Source: Psilocybe cubensis (Eukaryota). Taken from it: DNA of 64,000 bases. Below are positions 37,342 through 49,239 of this stretch, one piece after another. The stretch is taken from positions 1,798,001-1,862,000 of the forward strand of contig CM038999.1 in assembly GCA_017499595.2 (NCBI GenBank), written 5' to 3'. Under the pieces are notes generated by a model. The model ran no database searches, was not told the DNA's origin, and saw only the letters and a program-made list of their open reading frames with translations. Position numbers and translations under genes: made by a program. Position 1 is the first letter of the stretch; every line of letters begins with the position of its first letter.

Positions 37342-39172
37342 ATGGCTTCTGACGATGTTCGTAAACCTAGTCTTCGCATTGCAATCTGGTAAAGCTGTTC
37401 ACTCTTGCAGAAGCAGTGGTAGACAAATGTTGACTTTATATCTTCCTTTGTAGTGGAGGTGGTATAGGAGGATTATGCTTGGCTGTTTGTCTATCCAAGT
37501 TCGCCCATCTTGAAGTAAAGTTGTACGAAGCTGCTGGTCAATTCAAAGAAATTGGGGCAGGTGTTATGATATGGGCCAGAACCTGGCGTATCCTCCAATC
37601 CATGGGTTTGGACAGAGAGTTCTCCAAGATCGCACATTCCCCTCCAACTGGGGCACAAGGCAAGTTTATACGAGTTCAATTGTTACCAAAACCTGAACCT
37701 TGATGCACTCAAAGGAGTTGGCTTCAATTACAGACGGTCCGATCAACCACATGAAGGCTTTCGCTTCAAATTGGTAGAGATGCCTTGTGAGTATTTACCT
37801 CATTCTGTTACAGTATTTGTCTGAATTCTTGCCCGCCACTTCAAGATGGAGTGCGTTTTGGCACTATCAAGCTACCTTGGAGGATCTAACTAAATTTTCA
37901 GTGCATTCGCTTCCACAGGGCCCAGTTCTTGGATATATTCGTGGATCACTTGCCCTCTGGAGTTGCTCATTTCGGTAAAAGGCTGATATCTTATTCTAAG
38001 GACATGAATGGACCACAGACGACGCTACTCTTCGAAGATGGTACATTTGCAACTTGTGATGTCCTTGTTGGAGCAGACGGAATCAAATCTACCATACGGT
38101 CGCAAATGTTCCGCGAAGCCGCAGAGGCTAGTCAAGATGCAAATCTTTTTCGATTTACTTCTCCAGTTTGGACAGGCACAATTGCATACAGGGGGCTCAT
38201 CCGTGCTCAAGACATACCATTGACAAAAGATGGATTACCACATCGGACAATCAAAGACCCTATGATGGTAAGTTTTTCTTTGAATTAATATTTGAGTTAT
38301 AAGTTTACCAATGGCAGTACTGTGGCAAAAGCAAGGTGCCTGTCTACCTTCCCGAAGAAATCGAAGTTTTGTCTCACAGGGGATCTCCTCAAGCACGTTG
38401 TTAGCTATTCTATATCTCAAGGTGATATTATTAATGTCGTCACATTTGCTTCGAATCCCAAAAGACACGGAGATCTCTATGAAGGAGACTGGGTTACCAC
38501 TTGTTCACAGGACGAGCTTCTAGGTTGTTATTCTGGGTGGGAACCTGAGGTCGAACAGTTGCTGAAGGTACACATCGATTGCTGGCAGTGAAACATTAAT
38601 ATCTAACACTTTCTTTTCGCAGTGCATCAGGAATCCTACTCGTTGGGCAATACATCATATTTTGCCTTTACCCTTCTATTACAAGGACAATGTGGTTCTG
38701 ATGGGCGACGCGGTGCGTAGATGTAAACAGTGTTTTAGAACACTAAACCATTATTTGTTATTCATTTTGTATTATTTTATAAGGCTCATGCCATGTCGCC
38801 TCATCAAGGCGCTGGGGCCGGTCAGGCAATTGAAGTTTGTATCCCTTTCTTTACGTCCTCTTTCATGAAGTTGAACATATTTGTTAGGATGCATACATTC
38901 TTTCTAATCTTCTGGCTACAGCGACCCGGAAATCATTACCAAAAGTTTTGAACGCATACGAAGCTGTTCGGCTACCGGCTGCGAACCACGTTTTATTGGG
39001 TTCCTATGAGTCAGGAATGATGTATGAATTCAACAGCAAATATGGCGAAAACTATGAGATTTTGGGACCAGCTATACAACGTCAATGGGATTGGATTGAT
39101 AGGCCATCCTTGGAGGAAAGCTTGGAAGCTGCTATAAGATTGAGTAAAGGAATACCTGATTCTCGGCTCTAA
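37342..39172 (+). CDS. Group A flavin-dependent monooxygenase (salicylate hydroxylase-like) with C-terminal SRL
   Basis: RIAI|xGGGIGGL (GxGxxG), EIGAGV, DVLVGADGIKS, VVLMGDA|AHAMSPHQGAGAGQAIE|D, YEAVRLP. Ends GIPDSRL*. Confidence 0.92.
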
Positions 39173-39404
39173 ACAAGTTGTACCGAATGTGGGTCGAATT
39201 ATCATGCAGAAGAATATATTGGTTTCCACGCCTCCATTAGCTACATCGAGAGTCTGTCGAACCTTGTCGAGCATCAGTTCGAGTCGACGTACTAGCGCGG
39301 CTGTCAAGCGGTCGACATGTGAGAATTTGTAATTACCTAATCAAGCTGTGACGATGAAAATATTCTCGGACTTCGAAGTGAAGTCTTTTTACTCTCACTC
39401 GAAT

Positions 39405-40769
39405 ATGTTCTCTCGTTGCCACTTAGCATCTCGCATCTCTAAAAGTGCTTCGACTTGTAAGTTCAATATAAAGATTAAAAAACACGTCATTAATTTGCCC
39501 GAATAACAGCACTGCTTGACGGCGCCCCCGTGAAGAGCATACCGAGAGCAACTAAGAAAAGGACATGTTCAGTCAACTTCAACTCTGCAAGGCGTCATTC
39601 AGACGTAGCCACCTCTTACAGAGCAGCTTCACCTACGTGAATATCGATATTTTTTTTCGGGGTTGACAATATTGGCTTACTTTTTGTGCATTAGCCAAAA
39701 CATTGACATCGAATGGCCTTCAGATTCATGGGATGACATTTTCAACGAGTTGGACAAGGTTCCTCTCAAACCAAGGACGTCGTCTTTCTCTCCAAGGAGG
39801 CATGATTCTTTGTATCCCTCCAGACCCGCACCCCGCCATCCGTCACCTCACTTCCTGTCCCCACAACCAACTCAGCGTCAAACTCTGACCAAACGCGAGC
39901 AAGATACCCTGTCAGAAATGGTTGACTGGATCCTTAAACCAGAGCCAGAGCCTTCAACAACAAACGATACCCAGGCATCTGAATCCTCACAGGTAGCTCC
40001 CAGTAGCAAGGCTGACGATCTCGTCAGCAGGCTTCGTCGGTTCTCCCGGAAAGCAAGAATGTCCATCAGCCCGTCGACAGAATTGCTGGACAAGAAAAAG
40101 GAGGAAATGAGCTTGTGTACAACTGATCAGGAGCTTTTGTCCTGGGCCGCGAAAGAGGTTTTTGGTCAATCGGCGGAGCTGGAAGAGCAGGCTAGCATGG
40201 CGATAGCAACTCAATCAGGACACATCGAGAGCTCACATCTTCAATCCCCCATATACCCTGAAATGGTTGCACATCTCATGCAGACATTCCGGGTACAGTT
40301 CGGGGATCCCAACCTGGCGCTTTATATCTTTGACCACACCAAACGACTGTCGACCCTTTCCTTTGTCTTTGGGTGCTCTACAAATGCCTACAACGAACTA
40401 TTAGAAACGCAGTGGCTTCTATCCCGTGATCTCAATATCATCTATAACTCTATAGAAGAGATGATCATAAATGGGGTTGTGCCTAATGCCAGGACGCGAA
40501 AACTCGTCGATACATTCCGCCGACAAGTCTCGGAGGAGATAAGCAGTGAAACCCTCTTACAGAAGCGCATGGAATGCTTACTCAAAATTGAACATCTGCT
40601 ATCTCCACCTAAACAGCCTAAAGGGAAGGCATTTGACGAGTGGAAGTCTGGTTTAGGCCATTTGGAAGAAGGAGAGGAGGACTTCAATGACTGGACACCA
40701 AAAAAGATCACGCGGGATCAACACAGCAACAGGAACAAATTTCGGTCAAGGATACTGGCACATAACTGA
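39405..40769 (+). CDS. Mtf2/Nam1-like mitochondrial RNA-metabolism protein
   Basis: Presequence-like start MFSRCHLASRISK. C-domain TDQELLSWA...YPEMVAHLMQTFRVQFGDPNLALYIFDHTKRLSTLSFVFGCSTNAYNELLETQW. Confidence 0.75.
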
Positions 40770-40928
40770 TACTCTTCGCCAGGTGGTATAGATAGATGTA
40801 TAAGTTATAATATGTCATTATATTAAGCAAAAAGATGATAGCTTTCATTAATGTGATATTCTATGCAACCAAGATAGATGTGTTTACAAAGATGTGGCTA
40901 GAAAAAAATATACAAAACACAGGTAGGC

Positions 40929-43900
40929 TCATTGTTCGGGGCGGCGAGAACGATTTCTGGATTTCTTCGGCGAACTGACATTAGCCACAGCTCCGAGCCC
41001 GTGAACGGGTTTATACTGGCTATCCAATTCGTCACATCTAAGATGTAGCAACAGGTTGTAGACGAAGATTTGTTCGTACCTGCACCAAAAACTTCATCAG
41101 AGTACTAACGAATAGTTCGAAAAAAACTCACTGAGCATTAGTAAATACAACCGACATCGACTCTGAATTGCAGCGTAAAAGATTTGGGGCCATGACAAGC
41201 GCCAGGTTTGCAGGCGTCATTTTGGTCACGCTTTGAGTGCGTTCTTCAAGGAAGATTTGAAGGAAGCTGATCACGAAAAGCACAACCCGTCGATTAATTG
41301 TTGGCAATCTTTCTACAATTTGTACGCATGCCTCAGGGTCTTTTGAGTTTTGAATGCACTCGTTATATAATTCGTCTGGGACCAGGGGATCACATAATTC
41401 ACGAAGCCATAGTTTCATGAGAGATGCCAGAACGTGGGGATCGTCAACGCCTTCCAGAGTATAGTACCCGCGGTCGATCCGGAGCTTCAGGGCTGAAACC
41501 GAGTCGTTGTCTCCTGGAACGCGGAATATGCCTTCCGACTTTGTTCCTCCAAGAGCGAGAATACCATCTGCAAGAAATGGGAGAATAATTGGTATTTTCT
41601 GATGAGGGTAGTTTCGTTCTTGTAGTCTAATCGTAGCATCCAATGATTCCCCAAAAGTTGATGGGTTGAAAGCAGCATCCTAGATGGTTGATTTGAGTAA
41701 ACGTGATGTCCGCATCAAAATTTATCTCTCTCACCGATGCTGTTTCAATTTCTGCAATGGAAGGAGGCTTCCCCCTTGGACCCTTTTTGGATATGGAGGC
41801 GAGACGTCGAAGACAATGTTTTGCCATTACATCTACTCTTCCTTCTTGCTGAGTGGTGTGCTTTTGAATAAATGCTTGCAAGTAGGCTTCAAAGTTCTTC
41901 GATGGTGGGAATGAAATGACCAAAACACAGAGCAGCTGCCATCCCTTGAATATGCTCTCTCTTTGATGAATGAATAACAAAGTATGAGAATCTGAAAAGG
42001 CCGCAAAGTGTGCATCACGTACTTAATGGGGTTACCAGTCAACTGTTTCATGAGTTGGCAATAAATTTCATCCCTGAGCTCTCCATGCTTCAGTCCTTCA
42101 CTTATAAGCCACCGTTCCTCTTCCAGGATGCTGACCGTGTGTGTAGAGAGTGATGTTGTCGAATTATTAATGGTATTGGCCAATGATGTTTGATTCTCAG
42201 AATTGTAGCGCACGTTAATAGGTTTCTCGCGTTCTCGGTCTCCCATAATATGCTGAATGACTTTGAACATCTTCACTGCATCTTTACTGAGTGCGCGATT
42301 CAGCACCAACAAAGGCGACGTAAGAGGAAGCTGTATAACAACATACGTTAGTGAATTATAGGATAAGTCGTATAGTGAACATGAAGATATACTTTTTGGT
42401 AAGTCATCAGTTGGGCAACTGGTACCCTACGTTTGAATATAAAGCCCGTTCGATGAGTAGAGAAGTATTGTTTGGCATAGTCGGATTCCGAAAACTGCTG
42501 AATATCGCTTGCCAGTGCATGCGGCAAAATTGGAAAGGTACTAGAAAGAAAGCATTACCATCAATCAATTAGGATCCTTTTTATGTTTATGAATACGTGC
42601 CCAGATTGTAGTGTTGCCACGGATGCTCCTGGAATAAAAGATCTATTTGAAGGTTCAACTGTAATTGGCTTTCCGGTAGACTTATTTTTGACAGGGCTCA
42701 TTTGCATGGTTGCAGCTATAGAAGATAAGATTAATCGTATTTGCGCGATCTCAGTTGAGTAGACACGCACCATGATTAAGAATGGGACTACTGATACCCT
42801 TCCCTCCAACAGTGGGCTGATACTTCGGTGTCCCGGGTATAGGTCGAGAAGGCGACGGTGGAATGTCCCGATTATGTCTCTTGGACGGGGTGGAGGGAAC
42901 TTCGTCACTTGATGATCCGTAACCATGTACACTACTAGCGGCATTAGTTGAGCCATCTTGTGCCCCGTTTTCAGAATTACTTGGGGTGGTCAAAATTTCG
43001 AGGGCGGCATGAAGGCTTTGCGGAGGAGGAGAGCGATGAGAAGTATATCCTTTGGAACGGGTTCGCGCGCTTGAGTCAGGGGAACGAGAATGTTCGTTAT
43101 TGCTTTGCGACCTTCGGCCTGGAGAATCATTAAGTTTAGGCACCGTTAGCTTTCCAATATCATCATCGTTCTGTGAGAGAATGGATTTCTTGGAAGCGAG
43201 AGATGGTGAACACGATTCATCGGTGGCGTTCGGAGAACCAGGAATGGGTGTTAGTTGTACGCTGATTACATTGTGGCGTTTGGAAGTAGATGAATAGTGG
43301 TTAGATGCATGGTCTCCTGACGAAGATTTTCGTATAGCTGATTTGACAACATTTCCACCGGGGTGCGATGATGATTTTGTAGGTGATTTAGAATTGTCTT
43401 GAGATGCATCCTAGAGAGCGCAAGCTGAAGTTACATATAAAGGTCTCGATATAGAATACACACCTTGTTGTTCGATATGGGTATCAATTTGGAGAAATGA
43501 TCAAAGGTAGTTTGAGATAGGCGACGGCCAACGGCAGTATTCTGATAAACGGTCGGTTCCTGTCGGGTTTGAATGAAGCTGTGAGCTCACCTGAAGGATA
43601 CCCAACGGAATAACAAAGCCAGATGGACGTTCCCATACTGTTTCGCCCGTCTTTGTTTGATAATAGTAGGGCAAGCCACCTCTCGACTCGTCAGTTAGCT
43701 CCCACCACTCTCCATCCGCGCTCGGGGGAAGACTAGCAACAAGAGTGTATCAAGATTCAGGATTCAAAGGGAAATGGGCAAAGATTGGCATACACAAAGG
43801 TCCCAACAGGAGGATCCCAACTGACCTGGCCTGTCGCAGGGCAAGCAAAAAAGGATGTCGATGTCTTGCAAAGACAAAGGTCAAGGACGCGACGGACAAA

Positions 43901-44179
43901 GGAAGAAAGAGAAGCTACCTGAGGATCGACAAGCGTGACCCAGAAATTAGAGCCCCATGTCGCATCATCTCCATCCTGAGCAGTGAAGGTAGCACGCGTA
44001 GGAGTCTTTACGGTAGATTGACGCGAACTCTGTGTTGTGATTTTTTTGCTTTTATTAGACGATGCGGAGGGTTGCCTAGACAGGCCGGGGTTGACTAGTT
44101 TTGTGGCAGATGACGGCGGTGTTTGTGGGGGCGTGTCGTGTTTCTGAGCAGAAACGGGGGCAGCAACGGCCAAAGACAT
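40929..44179 (-). CDS. WW-MyTH4-RhoGAP protein (ARHGAP39/Vilse-like)
   Basis: Two WW-like repeats (FWVTLVDPQ..FFACPATGQVSWDPP; EWWELTDESRGGLPYYYQTKTGETVWERP). MyTH4 (ELRDEIYCQLMKQLTGNP, GWQLL..FPPS). RhoGAP with arginine finger EGIFRVPG and NLALVMAPNL. Confidence 0.92.
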
Positions 44180-44353
44180 GGGTATATGTAGATGAAGAGA
44201 AGGGGTATAGAAAGTAGAGAAGCGAGGTTACTGTTGAAAGCGAGGGAACATAATGAGGACGGAGCATGAGACCAGAAGCAAGCAACAGGGTCCAGTCGGC
44301 TATCCGAAATAGCAATCACTATCATCACAACTGATTACATGTTAGATTACATT

Positions 44354-45345
44354 CTAAATCCTCTTCTTGGCTTCCGCAACAAACGCCTTGAGCGTCTCCA
44401 CGTCCGTTTGATCTCCCTCTATCGATTCTTCCACTCTTTCGTATATCTTCGACAGTCCATGGTATATATTTCCCTCACCCCCTCCCACAAACCCCGCGAT
44501 CTCCTCCATTTCACCAACCCATCGATATGCTTTCGGGATCATTGCGGGAACTGCCCGAGTGATCCGCTCCAGAAGTTCTGGCTGTGAGTCGCTGAGCTCT
44601 TGTAGGAGTGCGGCGCTCGTCGCAGGTGAGTTTGCATGCGCAGCTGCAACTCTGATGTCATCAGCAGTCCTACAATGCATTGAATTCAAATATACCCAAA
44701 ATGATCGTTGTAAACAGTCCAGTGAGCCCCTTTGAAATACCCTGTAATGTTATGAGCAACACATGGAACCTGCGTGCAAGTAATACTAACGGCATATGAC
44801 ATTTTAAGGGCACTGGCGTCGCCAATCCCTGACCCATCTCCGTTCAAAATCCTCGCTTTGATCCCACTTTGTTTAACAGCATCCCTAAATTGATTCAGTT
44901 CTTTTGCGCGTGCAGGATCCGCGGACGCGTAAATAGTGGGAACATAATTTCCAGAAGGCGGGCCTCCAATGATGCAACCGTCCAGGAACGTAATTGGCGT
45001 GCGCAAGAAGAGAGTTGCTATGCTTTTGATAGTGACCACGTTCACTGCATTGCAATCCGCAAAAATGAGGGGTTCCTTAGACGCCCTGGGTACCGATGTA
45101 AACTCTTTCAATAGGCGTTGGGCGAACGATACCGCATCCCGAGGCGGTATGACGCTCATTATAATGTCGGATCTTTGGATAATCTCTGTCCACGATGCGT
45201 CAATCATTCCCGCGTCATGGGCTCTTTTGCGTGTAGCTTCAGAACGCCCCTCCAAGCTTGTGAGAACAGTGAAGCCAGCTTCCACAAATTTACGACCAAC
45301 ATTGGCCCCCATTGCACCAGCAGATATGAGCGCGATAGTCGACAT
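44354..45345 (-). CDS. NAD(P)-dependent 6PGD/3-hydroxyisobutyrate dehydrogenase-like oxidoreductase with a DUF1932-type C-terminus
   Basis: MSTIALISAGAMGANVG (Rossmann fold), DCNAVN, DGCIIGGPP, ASALKMSYAGISKG and MIPKAYRWVGEMEEIA. Confidence 0.85.
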
Positions 45346-45957
45346 CAGTCGTGAGAGTAAGAGATTAACCGAGCCACATCTCATTTGCAAAAGTAAGAAG
45401 ACATACCCACTGGTGTGAAGGGCGCGTGATAAACAACCGATGGCGCAAAATTTACTAACTTATTTAAAGTCTTGGATCGTAACTCGCATGGACACTCCGA
45501 CCAATTTTGCGCTGGTTTCACAAAGGCAAATGTCTATGAGAAAGGAGCAAAGCGTATGCGGACTTTGAAGCTCACAGATAAACAGTATGGGTGTATACCG
45601 GTTTACTAGAGCAAGCCGCCGAGCCAGAAGTCGAGCTACTAAATCATAAACGCGACTACAGATTGTCAAATACAGAGTTGTCTGCATTTACTATGCCACC
45701 CAGAATGATCATATAGAAAAAGAGCTGGGTAGTTGACCGTGATACTTTGAATGTGGCATTTGATCGACTTCGCGTTATTCGAATTCGTGCTATACGAAAC
45801 CTTCAAGGCCGAGTATCGTTGGCCATTAAAAGAGATATAATCATGTCCCAGTTCATTGCCCAACTAAGCGGATTCAGGGTCTAGATTTAGCATTTGGACT
45901 CTTTTATCGGCCCAACATTCCAAGAAAGGTTCAGATGTCGTCTGTATAAAATATCTA

Positions 45958-47186
45958 TCAGTCTTCGTCCATATCTTCGCCTCGTGCTTTCCGCTGTTCT
46001 ATCCGCTCCTTCATCGCTTTTTTGGCAGCTTCTTCGGCAGCTGTTAGTTGACCTGCTTTTGCGAGTGCTAGGAGAAGCGCTTGGACAAGGCCGACGTGAT
46101 TATGTCGACGTAAGCTATTTTCAAACTAAAAAAAATATTGGAGAGTGTTAGACGACATTTTCTGCGCATATGTCGGAAGTTTACACTCACAGCCCACCTC
46201 TCACGTTTGCCATTTTCATTGGAAATTTTGGCCAGAATTTCGTTTACAAGCTGTTGGTCTCCGGCAGATTGGTAATGTATCAGCTGAGATTGGAGCGATG
46301 GCAAAGGATCATCGCGCAACGCCAACAGACTAAACTCGAGCTGCAGTACAGCTACGAGTTAGGGGTTACCTCCGATTAAGGTGTTCATAAGTACATACCG
46401 CACCAACGGGGTAAGTATTTATACGTGCTTCGATCACGTCTCTAGAGTACAAACGTTTACTCAGAAACTGAAAGTAACAAATAACTTGGAGATAGCTGAC
46501 AAACCTCGCGGTTTTTAGCCATCCTTCTCCCGATTCATTGAACCCCCCATGTCTAATGGCGTGAGGTTTCAAACCATCGAGTTCATATAATGCACCCATA
46601 ACAGGTAGATATACCACGAAATGGTAGGCATCCTCCGATTTCCTGGGTAAACCCAGACCGTCGAGAGAGAAGGCACTTGGTGGAGAAAGCGCGTTATGCA
46701 TTTCTCGAAGCCAGTCTGCGCTAGTGATTACGAGACCGCGCGTCTGCGGATCCATGCCGGCTGTGAACTGCAGCAATTCTGCAAGTTGAGGGCCACTTTG
46801 CAGTGATGGAATATTGCCAAGAGCATTCAGAACGGCCAGAGTTGCACATGCATTATTGACGACTTGATGAGCAAAGAACCCAGCAAAATCTGGATCATCG
46901 GTACCGGCGCGTGGGGGTGCAGCGGAATCAGAGGAAGTCGGTATCCATTTGAACAAAAATATCAAGGCATGCAATGGTTGGAGGGCAGCTAAAGAATCTG
47001 AATCGAGAGAATAGAGATCGTCTACAATCAGGGGCAGACCGAGAGACTTGAGCAATTCTCTTTTTCCGTCGGCGAGTCGCATTAATAATGACCGAGCAAC
47101 CATTACCCAGAAGCGAAGACATACGTGAATACGCCGGGATCCGATTCAGTCAATTGCCAACCACTTGTTTCGTCGTCTGCAGACAT
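45958..47186 (-). CDS. UCH37: Ubiquitin C-terminal hydrolase UCH37/UCHL5 (peptidase C12)
   Basis: GWQLTESDPGVF, FAHQVVNNACAT (catalytic Cys), AYHFVVY..LYELDGL (His/Asp), and the C-terminal ULD KRERWAFENSLRRHN. Confidence 0.93.
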
Positions 47187-47199
47187 GGTTTCAATAAAT

Positions 47200-47296
47200 A
47201 GGGACGCGTTAAGCGAAGAGTTGGTGGAAGAAACCAAAACGTTTTTCCAAGTCCCGAAGAGTTGAGTCGTTCAAATTGAATGGACGACGCGTCCCT
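47200..47296. promoter_or_regulatory. Inverted pair of MCB-core (ACGCGT) 10-mers in the UCH37/MED31 divergent promoter
   Basis: AGGGACGCGT at 47200-47209 and its exact reverse complement ACGCGTCCCT at 47287-47296. Confidence 0.5.
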
Positions 47297-47466
47297 GTTG
47301 TGACACATTGCTTAGCAGAGACATCATGTACAAACAAGGCCAAAGACTGAAGGGGTTTCCATCATCGTCGACTCGTAACACTCGTGCAACTTGCAATGAA
47401 ATAACTTGGGCGACATCTAGAAACATCTTTTGCTCAATTTGCGTCCTTTCTGCGTATTTCTAAAAC

Positions 47467-48008
47467 ATGGATATCACTTCGGATAGCAACGCCGCTCCTC
47501 TGGATCCCAAGGCTGCGAATCGTGCCCGCTTCGAACTCGAGCTTGAATTCGTCCAGGCTCTGGCAAATCCATTCTATTTGCATTCTTTGGCTCAGCAAAA
47601 TATACTGGAGCAGCCCGCTTTCATCAACTTCCTTCAGTATCTTCTTTACTTTAAGGAAAAGGACTATGCTAGATTCATACAGTATGCTCTCATTCATATC
47701 ATTGAGTATAATTATTCTCGAGTCTGATGCGAACTCATAAAGTTATCCTCATGCTCTTCATCACCTTGAATTATTACAACATGCGCAGTTCAGATCTCAG
47801 ATGAAAAAAGATGAATTTCTCAGAGAATATTTGCATCAAAAACAATTCGATCATTGGCGCACTTGGTGAGATTCATAAGCGTAGTCATCTTTTACTCGTC
47901 TCAAAATACCACTCTCCTAATAGGCGGGAGCCAACGTCTGTCAATGCTACTAACCCTGAGGGTATGGTGCCGGAAGAACCTGAGGCGGAGACTAAGCCCG
48001 CATTATAA
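47467..48008 (+). CDS. MED31: Mediator subunit 31 (Soh1)
   Basis: RFELELEFVQALANPFYLHSLAQ...FINFLQYLLYFKEKDYARFI|xYPHALHHLELLQHAQFR. Confidence 0.95.
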
Positions 48009-49239
48009 ATCTCGTTGTTTCCGCATTTCCGTGGACAAAGGATACATTTTGGTATGTCACAAAACAGGACACTGGATTGTCGAGATTTGATACTGAGAAA
48101 AGACCTACTGACTGTCGGCCAACTTAGTCGACACCTGTAACGTCAGCATATGACGGAGCGACGTTTACATTTGCTTGCAGGAACGAATGTGATGATGGGC
48201 AGCTTTAGTTCCTGAATCTTGAGTCCTTTCAAAATTTAAATATTGATTTCGCCCACAATGGTCTGGGCGGACCTGAAAGTGGGTCAACTGTTGGACTGTA
48301 TCAAGTTAAACTGGGTGTAACGACTTAAATACAACTCTGTAGGTTGCTCATTCAGTATATTGGTCGCTATCGGCAACATCGAACCCCCTCCGGATCCCTG
48401 CACACAAAACGTTATGAGAAAAATGCGAACACGTCATTTATTCTGTTACCTCTCCTGGGTGCAAAATTAGAGGAACGGTAGTGTACTACAAACCTTACTA
48501 CCCTTGAACCTCTAGTCCTTGCCTCGACCTCACATTCTTTTTTCTCGTTGTGTCTGGCTCCGGGTCAACGACCTCTTACCGGGAACCCCGCTCTAACTTC
48601 AAATACTGTGACTGGCGCACAAGAATGACCGACAGTTTTTTATATGTCCTATTGTCTGCTTTTGCCTTCTCAACGCACCTTTTCAATACAGTTCCTGATC
48701 AAATCAACAAACCTTTGTGGGAGACCCGTCACCATTCTTCAACTACTTTTCCGGCTTGATATTGATCTAGTTGCTGGAGCAATACTATATTGTCAATGTA
48801 TCTGTAAATCTTAAGTTCCCATAACCTTCCTATCCGTTTTAAGGTCCAGCTGGATGCAATGGTCGCTCATTTTCTATAGCCGGAAAGAATGTTTCCGTAG
48901 ACCGCATAAACTTAGGGAAAGCGGTGTTACCGGTGAAGTCTGGCCTGTTGTTTAAAGTCTCAAGGACTAATTCTAATCCAACCAAGGAATGTGCGACCTT
49001 GATGCAGTATTCAATCCTTTTTTTCAAATAGTTTTATGGCGTCATCATTGGAAAGCGTTCTTCAAGAATTTAGTTTGGATTTAGTTGTAAATTGTTGAAG
49101 TCTGTAAGCTGAGTTGAGTGTCGCAAGTAAAGCCTCTAGTAGCGTTGTGTCGTGACCGACACGGATGTTGTCGACGAGCGGACATCAGACTCTCCCACGT
49201 GTCTACTTCTCTTACCTTAACCACGCTCATCCATGGATC

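Noticed and set aside
45420-45900. Short ORFs between the DUF1932 gene and UCH37
   Set aside because: No coherent spliced product or recognisable motif; likely promoter and UTR sequence.
48085-48170. CTGAGA-containing stretch considered as a TPP riboswitch
   Set aside because: The remaining conserved aptamer core is missing and no thiamine gene is adjacent.
48189-48276. Box C/D snoRNA-like pattern (GTGATGA ... CCTGA ... CCTGA)
   Set aside because: I could not recognise rRNA or snRNA complementarity in the guide positions or a terminal stem. A snoscan/Infernal run would be needed.
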